Part shown: positions 1-10,519 of the stretch, in pieces
Layout of the letters: every line of letters begins with the position of its first letter
How positions within the stretch are numbered: the stretch's first letter is position 1
Virus record (IMG/VR): IMGVR_UViG_3300035670_000332
Span: 1 to 48,755 of that record
Strand: one strand, 5' to 3'
DNA: 48,755 nucleotides
DNA from: a virus
Lineage: Duplodnaviria > Caudoviricetes
Notes under the pieces: generated by a model
Database searches by the model: none
What the model was told of the DNA's origin: nothing
What the model saw: the letters and a program-made list of their open reading frames with translations, nothing else
Program-made: the position numbers and the translations under genes

Positions 1-208
1 AAATGGCACAGTGGAACCCTATAAAATATAAGACTAAAAAAATATTACGTCAATACGGTGATGGTATAAACGCATATTTACCACCTTTGGACATAGGAGA
101 GTCGGAATTAACTGACTCTCTTAATTGTTCGGATGATGATTACCCTTCCATTGCTGTTAGGAATGACAGACAAATATTAGAACTTCCTGCAACGTCAGAG
201 GAAAATGC
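1..208. repeat. Terminal direct repeat / circular assembly overlap, copy 1
   Basis: 1-208 matches 48548-48755 except A91 vs G48638. It lies inside the nozzle gene, so it is most likely an assembly overlap of a ~48,547 bp circular genome. Confidence 0.95.
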
Positions 209-1445
209 ACTTGGGGTAAGGCAAGACACATATTTACATGTATTAGATGGGAGTCATTGGTTATATTCTGCTATAACAAGCACGGCGTATACTCAATTAT
301 CAAGCGCTATTCCTGCAAATGCCAAGAGTAAATTTGTTGAATTTAATACCGAAGCATTCAGATATACAATACTTGCGTTTTCTTCGGGTTCAAGTTCGGT
401 TAATAAGGCATATGATGGGACAACAACATTAGTTGCTTTGACTTCAAATGCTCCTCATAGTAATTTATATACTGCTTATAAGTTTAGGGTGTTTGGAATA
501 GATGATAATAAGCGTACTCTTAGATTTAGCGCTTTAGGAAGTGTTACAGACTGGATTACTTCTTTAGATGCTGGCAGTATTGATTTAACGAATGTACCGG
601 GTGATGTAACGGCTATAACAACATTCAATGATCATATATGTATATGGACAGATAGAAGCATGTGGGAATTATACGGCAACTCCCCTACCAATTATGAAGT
701 AACGCAAGTATCTAATGATATTGGTTGTGCTACTAACTTTTCATATATTGAATGTAAAGGAATTTTATACTTCATGGATAGGAACGGCATATATTCGTAT
801 TCGGGTGGTATGCCTATTAAAATCAGTGATAAAGTTGACAAATGGGTAAAAAATCTTACTAATTACACAAATATAAGCGCAGGTGTTAAGGGTGATAAGA
901 TTTATTTTTCTGTATGTTATGGATCTTCTACTCAAAATTTAATGCTTGTATATGATGCATATAAGCAAAAATGGTTTATAGAAGATAGCAATTTTGTTCA
1001 TATGGTCAATATATCCGGTAAATTATACGCCATTTCTAATACTGGTAAAATATATAATTTAGATTATGGTACAAGAACTGGTTATGATACTTATTCATCT
1101 GGTGGGAGTAGTGCTATAACATGGGCATTTGAAACCAAAGCATATAACGACAGAGAACTTGACAAAGCTCAAGCATTGACAGAGCTATGGGTTAATCATG
1201 AGGGAACAACAAGCGCAACAATGACAATAGGATATACAACAAATGTAAATAGTACAACTTATACAGATTTTGTTGCTACTTCTGACTTCACGCATAGCAC
1301 ACAACCATTGAAAGAGCAGATAAATATTAAATCCACTGATTTTGAGAATGCAGAAGTATATAAACTTAAATTTAGTGGAACTGGATATAAAAAAATACAT
1401 GGCGTACAGCTAAATAATATTTCTTATGGTGGAGGTGGTAGATAA
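3..1445 (+). CDS. Podovirus tail nozzle / hub protein (P22 gp10 / T7 gp12-like beta-propeller)
   Basis: 480 aa. Beta-propeller-like segments (LRFSALG..DW, IGC..S, LYFMDRNGIY, LVYD...KW). Follows the adaptor gene across the circular junction and precedes the ejection proteins. Confidence 0.65.
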   Translation: MAQWNPIKYKTKKILRQYGDGINAYLPPLDIGESELTDSLNCSDDDYPSIAVRNDRQILELPATSEENALGVRQDTYLHVLDGSHWLYSAITSTAYTQLSSAIPANAKSKFVEFNTEAFRYTILAFSSGSSSVNKAYDGTTTLVALTSNAPHSNLYTAYKFRVFGIDDNKRTLRFSALGSVTDWITSLDAGSIDLTNVPGDVTAITTFNDHICIWTDRSMWELYGNSPTNYEVTQVSNDIGCATNFSYIECKGILYFMDRNGIYSYSGGMPIKISDKVDKWVKNLTNYTNISAGVKGDKIYFSVCYGSSTQNLMLVYDAYKQKWFIEDSNFVHMVNISGKLYAISNTGKIYNLDYGTRTGYDTYSSGGSSAITWAFETKAYNDRELDKAQALTELWVNHEGTTSATMTIGYTTNVNSTTYTDFVATSDFTHSTQPLKEQINIKSTDFENAEVYKLKFSGTGYKKIHGVQLNNISYGGGGR

Positions 1446-2845
1446 TGCCTACTTATCCTGGCAGGAGATACCCATTCACCGAGCAAGGGTTTTACATGTT
1501 ATCAAAAGATTTGGCGTATTGGCTTAATAATCTTGATGATAATAACGTATCTCTTGTAACACAATCATCTAATGTATTCCAACTTGGAACATCAAATGTA
1601 TTGGCTGAGAAAACACTTATATTTTATGACAATAGCACTAATGATGTATATGTACAAATGTCATCTAATGGTGATTTAATATTAAAAACTTATGCCGAAT
1701 TAATTGTACAAGGTACTACAGTTTCAGTTGATACCACAGGCGGTTTATTATTAGCAGGGAGCACAGTAGTTATAGATAGCACTAATGATTTAAACCTCAA
1801 TAGCTCAGCATTAAATATACACTGTAGCAGTGCTACCATAGATAGTACAAATGATATAAATATAAATAGTAGTGGTTTCAATCTAACACCATCTAGTTTT
1901 AATTTGACTGCTGGTGATGATGTAGAAATAAATTCAAGTGCATTTAAATTATATTGTAGCAGTATGACAATTGATACAACTAATGACATTAATATAAATA
2001 GCAGTGGGTTTAACTTGACCCCTTCAAGCTTTACGATAACTTCATCTGATGACATTATATTGAATTCAAGTAAACTTAGTATTAATTGCAGTAGTATGAC
2101 AATTGACTCAACTAATGACATAACAATCAATAGTTCAGGCTTAAATATAACACCATCTTCTATGAATGTTACAGCAGACAAAGATATAACATTGTCAAGC
2201 TCTAATATTAACATTAAAAATAGTTCTAGCTTGATAATAGGTAATAATCCAAGCACTGGTTATACTGAGTTCGAGAAAGATGGAACTATTGTATTCAAAG
2301 GTGATGCAACTGTATATAAAGATATATTGCAAAATTTGCTTACTCAATCTTATGTAAACCCTGCTGCTGATATAGCATTAAATATTCCGGAGGGTAATGT
2401 AGAGTTTAAACAAGCTTGTAATTTAGGTGATTATGCAATAATGAATATACAGATAAACCATGATTGGAAAATGGGAAGTGATATAAGTCCTCATTTACAT
2501 TGGGTACAAAATTCTAGTGATACTCCTAATTGGTTAATACAGTATAGATGGCAGCCAAACGGTCAACCATTTTCTACTACATGGAATTATTCTACTATAG
2601 CAAGCCATGTTTTTGCATTTGTAACAGGTACAACCATGACGCAAATAACAGGATTTGTTGACATCTCTCCCCCATCTAGTTATGGAATATCTGATATAGT
2701 ACAGTTTAGAGTTTTAAGAGATGGCGATAACGACAGCGCCAAATTTGCAAGCACAGATTTACTTGGTGCTTCTGTTTATGCTTTAAATTTTGACATTCAT
2801 TATGAAATAGATACTATTGGTTCCAGATTGGAATATTCAAAATAA
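1445..2845 (+). CDS. Tail needle/spike-like protein with beta-helix repeats
   Basis: 466 aa, coupled to the nozzle gene (TAATG). Seven 22-aa beta-rich repeats, then a globular C-terminal domain (QINHDW...PHLHW). Confidence 0.5.
   Translation: MPTYPGRRYPFTEQGFYMLSKDLAYWLNNLDDNNVSLVTQSSNVFQLGTSNVLAEKTLIFYDNSTNDVYVQMSSNGDLILKTYAELIVQGTTVSVDTTGGLLLAGSTVVIDSTNDLNLNSSALNIHCSSATIDSTNDININSSGFNLTPSSFNLTAGDDVEINSSAFKLYCSSMTIDTTNDININSSGFNLTPSSFTITSSDDIILNSSKLSINCSSMTIDSTNDITINSSGLNITPSSMNVTADKDITLSSSNINIKNSSSLIIGNNPSTGYTEFEKDGTIVFKGDATVYKDILQNLLTQSYVNPAADIALNIPEGNVEFKQACNLGDYAIMNIQINHDWKMGSDISPHLHWVQNSSDTPNWLIQYRWQPNGQPFSTTWNYSTIASHVFAFVTGTTMTQITGFVDISPPSSYGISDIVQFRVLRDGDNDSAKFASTDLLGASVYALNFDIHYEIDTIGSRLEYSK
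1769..2230 (+). repeat. Seven degenerate 66-bp (22-aa) coding repeats, consensus TIDSTNDININSSxxNxxxSSx
   Basis: Seen in the translation: VIDSTNDLNLNSSALNIHCSSA / TIDSTNDININSSGFNLTPSSF / NLTAGDDVEINSSAFKLYCSSM and so on. Confidence 0.85.
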
Positions 2846-2857
2846 GGAAGTGATTTA

Positions 2858-4801
2858 ATGGCAGTTTATAACGTTGCTGACCTTCAAAATCAATATGGTT
2901 CTAACTATATGAAAGGCATACAAGAAGCGCAAAAATCAGGTAATACAGCTTTAGCCAATGCCTTGACTGGTTTAAGAAATGAGAAGATAGCATCAAGCGC
3001 AGATTTACAAGCTAAATATACACCTACACAACCTATACAACCAGTTAGCCAGCCTAAACCAGTTGTTAATGCTACTAGCAATGTAATAAATCAAATGACA
3101 ACAAAACCATCTGTTAGTAATACTATCTCCCCTGCTGCTACAAGTGTTTCAAATTTGGTTAAATCTGGTCAAGTTACACCACCGAAACCAGTTACTGGCG
3201 GTGCGACTGCTCCGGTATCTCCCACACCTTTTATTAATGTTCCAATGGAAAATACACCTTCTGAAATCGAATTGAGAGATTATGCAACTCAAAAAGGTGT
3301 CAGCGTTGGTTATAATCCAACAACTGGAATGATTACTTTAAATAATGCATTAATTGCAAATCCAGCAGGATATGGATTAACTCTAAGAAATGGCAGATAT
3401 TACGGTTCAAAAGAGTCGATTGACAATCTTATTAGCATGTTTTTAAAGCCACAAGTTGATGAGTCGCTAATCGAAACAACGCAACAAGATTTATTGAAGC
3501 CGTTTTTAGATGAAAATACAAAACTTAAAAGCGAATTAGCAGCACTTAAAGAGCAAATAACTCAAAATTTTGATGCAGACAAATTAAAGAATGAACAATT
3601 GTTTAATCAAATTCAAAATTTTCAACAATATAATTCACCATATCAACAATATATTGACCAAATGGCACCTAATCTTTTAAATCAATATAACCAAGAATTC
3701 AAATATGATCCTATGACCGATGAAGCATTAAAGTCTGCACAAAACCAAGTATCGCTTGCAACTAGAGAAGAAGCCGCAAGGCGTGGCGCTTTATATGGTG
3801 ATACTGCACAGTCTATGGTAGCTCAGGAAATGGGCAAACTTGCCCCTCAATTTGAGGATAAAGCTTACCAAAGATATGCTGATAAGTTTGCTAAACAGAT
3901 GCAAATAGCTAATTTGGTATTACAATTAGACAGTGAAGCGTATAGAAGAAATACTGATAAACTAACACAAATGAAAGACCTACTTGAGATTTCAAGAAAT
4001 TTGTCTAAAGAAGATAGAGAATATTTGGCAAGCATAAAAGCTGATGTTGTTAATGAACGTACTATGAATAATCAAGAAAGAACAGCAGCATTACAACAAT
4101 ATAACCAAGACATAACAACAGCATTTCAACGCTCTGAATTAACAGGTGTAGTCGATAATGAAGCATCTAAAATTTTGGGCATAATGCCGGGTACTTTTAC
4201 AGCGGCAGCTAAACAAGCAGCCATTGACTTAATAAACAGTAATTCTCAGGAAATAGCACGGATTGAAGCACAAAGCAAGGCAGCCGAACAGCAGTTTAAA
4301 AATGAGTTAAAAGTTCTTGATATTACACAAAAATATGACACAACTCAAAAACAAAAAGATAGAGATTTTGAAGCAACTCAAAAACAGAAAGAAAGAGAAT
4401 TCCAAGCTAGTGAAAGCCAAAAAGACAGAAACTTCCAAGCAAGTGAAAATTCAAAAAATAGAGCTGCAACAGCTGCAAGAAGTTCTGGAAGTTCTGGAAG
4501 TTCTAAAGGTTCTGGAGGTTCTACAAAATTAACAGCAGATGATAAAAAACAGCTATACAATCAAATATATCTATTTTATAAAGACCAACCAGCAAAAGTT
4601 GCAAAACAATATCTTGAAGAGGACGAAGAAAAACTTATCAAAGAATTAAATCCAGATGGATATAAAAAATTATGGAACCAAGTCTTTGATGTTGCGATAA
4701 ACACATACAATCAAAAAGATTATGACAGATTTGGCATTATGAAAAAAGAAAAGACAACATCAAGTTCCGACAGCTTTGTTAAAGCATTTCTCAACCCATA
4801 A
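2858..4801 (+). CDS. Putative internal virion (DNA ejection) protein
   Basis: 647 aa, Q/A-rich and helical, with a Pro-rich linker and 11-aa QxDRxFQA repeats. Its position after the tail genes is typical of podovirus ejection proteins. Confidence 0.55.
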   Translation: MAVYNVADLQNQYGSNYMKGIQEAQKSGNTALANALTGLRNEKIASSADLQAKYTPTQPIQPVSQPKPVVNATSNVINQMTTKPSVSNTISPAATSVSNLVKSGQVTPPKPVTGGATAPVSPTPFINVPMENTPSEIELRDYATQKGVSVGYNPTTGMITLNNALIANPAGYGLTLRNGRYYGSKESIDNLISMFLKPQVDESLIETTQQDLLKPFLDENTKLKSELAALKEQITQNFDADKLKNEQLFNQIQNFQQYNSPYQQYIDQMAPNLLNQYNQEFKYDPMTDEALKSAQNQVSLATREEAARRGALYGDTAQSMVAQEMGKLAPQFEDKAYQRYADKFAKQMQIANLVLQLDSEAYRRNTDKLTQMKDLLEISRNLSKEDREYLASIKADVVNERTMNNQERTAALQQYNQDITTAFQRSELTGVVDNEASKILGIMPGTFTAAAKQAAIDLINSNSQEIARIEAQSKAAEQQFKNELKVLDITQKYDTTQKQKDRDFEATQKQKEREFQASESQKDRNFQASENSKNRAATAARSSGSSGSSKGSGGSTKLTADDKKQLYNQIYLFYKDQPAKVAKQYLEEDEEKLIKELNPDGYKKLWNQVFDVAINTYNQKDYDRFGIMKKEKTTSSSDSFVKAFLNP

Positions 4802-4819
4802 ATAATTGGAGGGTATTTA

Positions 4820-7800
4820 ATGAGTATTAGGGATTTATATGATGAAATAACAAAACGCCGTGGTTATAATCAAGAGGAAACTAAAAAAAAGAAACCTCAA
4901 AAAATAAATAATATGAGTGATTTATATGAACACATAAGAACCAAAGAGCGCAAACCTATTGAAACACCAAAGTCAAATTATATAAATGAAAAAACTGTGC
5001 CAAGTATGTTAAACCCGAATAGGAAAAAAGAACCTGTTTCAACTGGGAAATCTATGCTTAAAATGGGTCTTGATATTGCATCAGGTAAATATACTCCAAC
5101 ATTACCCGAACCTGGTAAATCAATTAAAGAAAAAGTAATGAGCAAACAAAGCTCATATCAAGGATTGACCGATAAACAAGTATCAGAACCTGTAAATGTA
5201 TTTGAAAGAATTGGGAATGTTTGGAATGAAGGACTTGACATTAAAGAAACTAATAAGATCGGCTTTTCAAAATATTCTGATAAACCACTTAAAATTGTTG
5301 GCGAAAGTCCTTCATATTATTTTTATCGACATTATGATCCTGCAAGAAATACTAATAAAGTAACTAGAATTGATAAAAAAGATGTGTCTTTTGATACTCC
5401 AGATGATAATAAAATAAATAAAATTATTTCAAAAATTACAAAAGACACAACAGATAGAGCAAATTTTGCAAAGAAAAAACAAGATGATTTTAAAAAATTA
5501 CATCCAGCAGCACAGGCATTTGAAAAAGTTGGTAGTTCAGCAGCTAAGGCATTAATGGGCGGCGTTCCTACTCGTGGCGCATATGAAAGCCCATCTGAAT
5601 TATCAACTGGCGATACCTTATTAGATAAGGGCATTGATACCGTTTATGATTTAGGTGGTACAATCGCAGGGTTGGCAACTAACCCATCGAGCGGAGCAAT
5701 GGGCGCAAGAAGTTTACTTGGCGTATCAAATGCAATAGGTCAAAGAATGTTACCTAAAATAACACCTAAAATAACTCAAAAATTGCCAACTGCTGCAAGA
5801 AATATTATTAACACAGGTTTAGAAGGTGTTACAACTATGCCATTGATTAGCGGATATGAAAGTTTAGCACAAGGTAAAACACCTATGCAAATGGCTGAAA
5901 AATTTGGAACTGATATCGCAATGGGTGGATTATTTGGAGCAGGGCTAGGCGCAGGTGGACAAGGTATAAGAGAAGTAACAAAAAGAAGGCAATTATCTAA
6001 TATAATTAATAAAACAGATTTACCTAATAATTATATTAAATTTGGAGAAGAACAGGCTAAAAGAAATATAATGCCACCAAAAGAACCTATACCGAAAAAT
6101 TTATTAGGCTCTCCAGTTTCTAAACCTACAGCAGTTACCAAAACGCCAGGTATTTATACAGGTGATTATTTGCCATATGCCAAAAAACCCAACGCAACAC
6201 AAGCAACCAAAACACTCCCAACAACTAGAGAATTGCCAGATGCTACAAACTGGACAGAAAAAGACTTTGACAATTATTATAAATTAGGCGAAAAGCCTAA
6301 TAATAATAATCTTATAAGGCTTGTCGAAGATGTTGGGGCAAGAGTAATAAGAAAAACAAATATTACCAACCCCAAAGAAATGGTTAAACATTATATTAAA
6401 AAATATAATCTGCCCGATAATGTAGAATTTACACAAAAATATAATAAAAAGGATAAAGGTGCTACTATACCTATCATGGGTGAAACAGGTAAAATTATAG
6501 GTGCAAAGATAAATGTTGTAAAAAAAGATATGTCACCCGAAGCGCAAATAGGAACATTGCGCCATGAGATTGAACATTACAAAGACTTAGTTGAAGGTCA
6601 TACAGGGACTAATAAAGCCCCAAATCCTGCAATGAAATCAACAAGAGAAGCTATGGAGCTTGCTGGTAAAGACCATCATAAAAACTATGGGTGGTTTGAC
6701 AGGGAATATTTATATAATGCACTTAAAAAAGATAGTCAGAGAAAGTCAAACTTAACAAATGTTGAACCAACACAACCAACACAACCAAAACAACCTGTTA
6801 TTGAACAACCCAAAGAAATTGAGACACCACAGCAACCCATTGCAAAGCAACCAGAACAACCAATTGTTAAACCTATAGAACAAAGCTTTGTTAATGAACA
6901 GCCTACACCAAAAGCACAAGAACCCTCTCCCCCACCTTCTAAACCAACAAAAAATAATTTTGATGAACCTGAATCAGATAAAATAAGCCGATTTGCACAG
7001 CGTACAGTTGACCAAGAAGTTGGGTATAAATCATATAAGGTTAAAGATGTTCAAGAACGTGCTACAAAACAAGTTAAAGAGAATTTTGAAGCATCTTATG
7101 AACGTATAAGAAGCCTTGATAAAATGCGTACAGAGGATGATTTTGAGTTAGCTTCTAAGGTTTATGATGAACTTATGAAGAAAGGCAGAATATCAGAAGC
7201 GCAAGAAGTTATGGCAAAGAATACATTATCACTTACTGAAAGCGGTCAGCTCATAAGAATGGCAAGAGAGCACGGCAAACAAACTCCAGAAGGCGCTGTT
7301 AGATATTATAAGAAAGAGCTTCAAAAAGCACAAAACAAATTTCCCAAAGAGGTTAAAGATATAAATAGCCAACTTGATGATTTACAAAGCACAATTAATA
7401 AACTTGAAGCAAATAAATCTAAATTATCAGGTGAAAAACTTGCTGAGGTTGATAAAGAAATAAAACTTAATTTACAGCTATTTGAAGAAACACAAGCTAA
7501 ATTACCTAAACGATATAGAGACGCAAGGTTATCTCCAGAAGATGAAGCCAAAATATATGAAATGCAGGAACAAATTCGCAATATTACAGATGATGAAGAA
7601 AGGCTTTTAAAAGTAGCTGAACTTAATGATTTTGTATCAAGGAAAATACCTTCTACCATTGGCAAAAAGATATCAACAATACAAACAATGAGTCAGTTAT
7701 TAAATAGTAAAACTGCAATTAGAAATTTAACTGGTAATACAGCGTTTACAGTAGCTGAGAATGTTTCTGATGTAGGAGCAACATTTGCCGATGTTCTTTT

Positions 7801-9478
7801 ATCTGGTATAACTGGTAAGAGGTCTAAAACATTGCCAGACATTGTTGAACAAGCAAAAGGATTTAAAGAAGGTTTCAAGCAAGGATTTAGGGACTCTATC
7901 AGAGGCATTGATACTTCTGGTTTTGGTACTCAATATGATATACATGGTAAAGTTTTCAATGATAAGTTCTTTGGTACATTGGAAAAAGCTTTAAATTTAA
8001 CATTAAAAGCACCTGACAGAGCGTTTTATAAAGCTGCTTATAATAAGTCAATTGCCAATGCTAAGAAAGTAAATAGGCTTAATAAGGTTTCAAATCCTGA
8101 TACCGTTACACCTGATATGATAGAACAGGCACATCTTGATGGTTTATATGCAACATTTCAAGACAGCAATAAAGTATCAGATGCTTTTGTGCAAGTTAAA
8201 AAAGCTTTAAATTTTAATCGAGACTTTGGACTTGGTGACTTGGTATTAAAATATCCTAAAACCCCTGCTAATTTGCTTATGCGTGGCATTGATTACTCCC
8301 CTGCTGGTATTGGTAAAGCGTTGTTTAAAATGACAAAATTGATAAGAACAAAAGATGTTAAACTTCAAAAGCAGATAGCCGAAGAATTATCAAGAGGTAC
8401 TCTAGGATCATCAGTTATATTTGGCGGTGGTTTACTATATGGACTTAAAATTATACAAGGTAAAAAAGAAAAAAACAAACAAGTATATGAGTTTAGGCGT
8501 GATATTGGTTTAGATAAGTACACTTTAAATACTGATGCTTTGTATAGATTTGTTGCAAGTGGTTTTAATCCAGAACTAGCCAAACCGCAAAAAGGTGATA
8601 ATATGCAGACATACGATTGGAACCAACCATTGTCCACTCCGTTTTCAATGGGTGCTAATGTAAAACAAGGTCAAGATAAAGGTAAAATTAATCCTTTAGA
8701 TTTACTTGGAACTGCTATAATTTCTATTGAGTCATCATCTGATACATTAGCAACACAACCATTATTGCAAGGTATATCAAATTTATTTAAATATGGCGAT
8801 ATTACAGAAGGTATAAAAGAAACATTCAAAAATATGCCAGCATCGTTTATTCCTACTTTATCAAATCAAATAAGACAAATACGTGACCCACATGTAAGAG
8901 ATACCGAAGCCGAAGAAGGAAGCGCTATAATTAACAAAGATGTTACCGATACAATAAACAGGATTAAAAATAAATTGCCTGTATTATCGGAGGGGTTGCC
9001 TAAATTTGTTAGCAGAATTGGCAAAGATGCAAAATATACTACCAGTAATAATGTAGCAAAGCAAATATTTGATACTTTCCTAAGTCCTTCCATAACAAAG
9101 AAATATGAAGAAACATCAGGTATTAAACTTGTTATGGATTTATATGATAAAGTTGGTATTCCAGATCCCGAAAAAGGTATTAGGTATATACCTAGAAAAG
9201 CTCCCGAAAAAATATCAATAGAATACAAAGATGATAATGGTAAAAATCAATCATTAAAAATACCGCTGACAAAAGATAATCAAGCCATCATGCAAAAAGT
9301 CATGGGTGAGGTTTCTGTAAAAGTGCTGGACAAACTTGCTAGTAATCAGGAATTTAAAAATCAGGACGTAAAAACCCAAGCAGATATCATTGAAAAAATA
9401 CTGAATGAAATCGGTGATGAAAGCAAGAATTATATGTTAAAAGAACTATTGAAGCAAAAAGCAATGAAAAAGAAGTAG
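4820..9478 (+). CDS. Large internal virion / ejection protein (polyvalent-like) with a HExxH motif
   Basis: 1552 aa. Gly/Ala-rich hydrophobic segments, a TLRHEIEH zincin-like motif, a PQ-rich linker and a helical C-terminal half. Last gene before the lysis module. Confidence 0.6.
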   Translation: MSIRDLYDEITKRRGYNQEETKKKKPQKINNMSDLYEHIRTKERKPIETPKSNYINEKTVPSMLNPNRKKEPVSTGKSMLKMGLDIASGKYTPTLPEPGKSIKEKVMSKQSSYQGLTDKQVSEPVNVFERIGNVWNEGLDIKETNKIGFSKYSDKPLKIVGESPSYYFYRHYDPARNTNKVTRIDKKDVSFDTPDDNKINKIISKITKDTTDRANFAKKKQDDFKKLHPAAQAFEKVGSSAAKALMGGVPTRGAYESPSELSTGDTLLDKGIDTVYDLGGTIAGLATNPSSGAMGARSLLGVSNAIGQRMLPKITPKITQKLPTAARNIINTGLEGVTTMPLISGYESLAQGKTPMQMAEKFGTDIAMGGLFGAGLGAGGQGIREVTKRRQLSNIINKTDLPNNYIKFGEEQAKRNIMPPKEPIPKNLLGSPVSKPTAVTKTPGIYTGDYLPYAKKPNATQATKTLPTTRELPDATNWTEKDFDNYYKLGEKPNNNNLIRLVEDVGARVIRKTNITNPKEMVKHYIKKYNLPDNVEFTQKYNKKDKGATIPIMGETGKIIGAKINVVKKDMSPEAQIGTLRHEIEHYKDLVEGHTGTNKAPNPAMKSTREAMELAGKDHHKNYGWFDREYLYNALKKDSQRKSNLTNVEPTQPTQPKQPVIEQPKEIETPQQPIAKQPEQPIVKPIEQSFVNEQPTPKAQEPSPPPSKPTKNNFDEPESDKISRFAQRTVDQEVGYKSYKVKDVQERATKQVKENFEASYERIRSLDKMRTEDDFELASKVYDELMKKGRISEAQEVMAKNTLSLTESGQLIRMAREHGKQTPEGAVRYYKKELQKAQNKFPKEVKDINSQLDDLQSTINKLEANKSKLSGEKLAEVDKEIKLNLQLFEETQAKLPKRYRDARLSPEDEAKIYEMQEQIRNITDDEERLLKVAELNDFVSRKIPSTIGKKISTIQTMSQLLNSKTAIRNLTGNTAFTVAENVSDVGATFADVLLSGITGKRSKTLPDIVEQAKGFKEGFKQGFRDSIRGIDTSGFGTQYDIHGKVFNDKFFGTLEKALNLTLKAPDRAFYKAAYNKSIANAKKVNRLNKVSNPDTVTPDMIEQAHLDGLYATFQDSNKVSDAFVQVKKALNFNRDFGLGDLVLKYPKTPANLLMRGIDYSPAGIGKALFKMTKLIRTKDVKLQKQIAEELSRGTLGSSVIFGGGLLYGLKIIQGKKEKNKQVYEFRRDIGLDKYTLNTDALYRFVASGFNPELAKPQKGDNMQTYDWNQPLSTPFSMGANVKQGQDKGKINPLDLLGTAIISIESSSDTLATQPLLQGISNLFKYGDITEGIKETFKNMPASFIPTLSNQIRQIRDPHVRDTEAEEGSAIINKDVTDTINRIKNKLPVLSEGLPKFVSRIGKDAKYTTSNNVAKQIFDTFLSPSITKKYEETSGIKLVMDLYDKVGIPDPEKGIRYIPRKAPEKISIEYKDDNGKNQSLKIPLTKDNQAIMQKVMGEVSVKVLDKLASNQEFKNQDVKTQADIIEKILNEIGDESKNYMLKELLKQKAMKKK

Positions 9479-9488
9479 AGGTGTTGTT

Positions 9489-9704
9489 ATGGAGTCAGCG
9501 TTAATACAGGCAGCAGCGGAAAAAGGCATTTTTGTTATATTATTTGTTTTTTTGTTACTGTATCAAGTTAAATCTAATGAAAAAAGAGAAGGTAATTATC
9601 AAAGTATTATACAAAATTTAGCTGAAAAATTTGATATAATACGAGATATCCAAGAAGATGTTAAATGTATTAAAGACAAGATTGAATGTCATAAAGCCGA
9701 ATAA
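9489..9704 (+). CDS. BhlA/UviB-family holin-like protein
   Basis: 71 aa with one TM segment (GIFVILFVFLLLY) and the KREGNYQSIIQNL pattern. Directly upstream of the amidase. Confidence 0.85.
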   Translation: MESALIQAAAEKGIFVILFVFLLLYQVKSNEKREGNYQSIIQNLAEKFDIIRDIQEDVKCIKDKIECHKAE

Positions 9705-9712
9705 GAAAGGAG

Positions 9713-10465
9713 TTGACAGCTATGCGTATTTGTATAGATGTGGGGCATGGTGGAACTGACAGCGGAGCAGCTTACAATGGATATTTAGAAAAAAACTTAA
9801 ATCTAGCTTATGCAAAAGCAATATATACTATATTGACGGAATATAACTGTGATGTATTTTTGACTCGCAAAGATGACATGTTTATAGAGCTTAATCAACG
9901 TGCTAAATGGATATATGACTATAATCCTGATGTATGTATTAGTTGCCATATGAACGCTGGGGGCGGCAGTGGTACAGAAGCGATATTGAGTTTACATGCC
10001 CCTGACTACGTTAAAGCCCTTGCAACTATGATTACCAAAAATATTAGTAAAACTTTTGGATTGAAAAACAGAGGAACATATAGCCGTGAGTCAAGCAAGA
10101 GTACTAAAAATAATATTTTGGATTATTATGCAGTTCACAGAAAAGGAAGCCCCAATGTTATTATATTAGAACCGTTGTTTTTGGACAGTAATAATGATAT
10201 TAAACTGGTCAAAAATGATAAATTCATTGATAATCTTGCATTTACTGTAGCAAATACTATTATTACAGCATTGAAATTAACAGTAAAAAAATCGGGTGAC
10301 AAGCCAGTGCCCGATGATTTATTAACTAAACCGCATTGGGCAGAACCATATTATAACAAACTGCTTGAACATGGCATAAAAATTGACAATCGTGATTTTG
10401 ATAAAAATATTACAAGGGGCGAAGTATTCGCACTAATTTGTAAATTATTAGACGCTAAGCAATAA
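9713..10465 (+). CDS. Endolysin, N-acetylmuramoyl-L-alanine amidase (Amidase_3) with an SLH-like C-terminus
   Basis: IDVGHGGTDSGA, EKNLNL, SCHMNA and ILEPLF zinc/catalytic motifs; C-terminal HWA...ITRGE. True start is probably ATG 9722. Confidence 0.9.
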   Translation: MTAMRICIDVGHGGTDSGAAYNGYLEKNLNLAYAKAIYTILTEYNCDVFLTRKDDMFIELNQRAKWIYDYNPDVCISCHMNAGGGSGTEAILSLHAPDYVKALATMITKNISKTFGLKNRGTYSRESSKSTKNNILDYYAVHRKGSPNVIILEPLFLDSNNDIKLVKNDKFIDNLAFTVANTIITALKLTVKKSGDKPVPDDLLTKPHWAEPYYNKLLEHGIKIDNRDFDKNITRGEVFALICKLLDAKQ

Positions 10466-10499
10466 AAAATAACCCCCATTATTTGGGGGTTATTTTTTT
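10464..10499. terminator. Bidirectional rho-independent terminator
   Basis: AAAAAATAACCCCCA-TTATT-TGGGGGTTATTTTTT between convergent genes. Confidence 0.9.
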
Positions 10500-10519
10500 A
10501 TATTAAAGCGCCATTTTTA

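Noticed and set aside
1-208. Biological direct terminal repeat (T7-like)
   Set aside because: The repeat starts at a structural gene start, far from the terminase region, so it is better explained as an assembly overlap of a circularly permuted genome.
1690-2256. 188-aa hydrophobic antisense ORF
   Set aside because: Antisense shadow of the repeat region of 1445-2845; no RBS or independent support.
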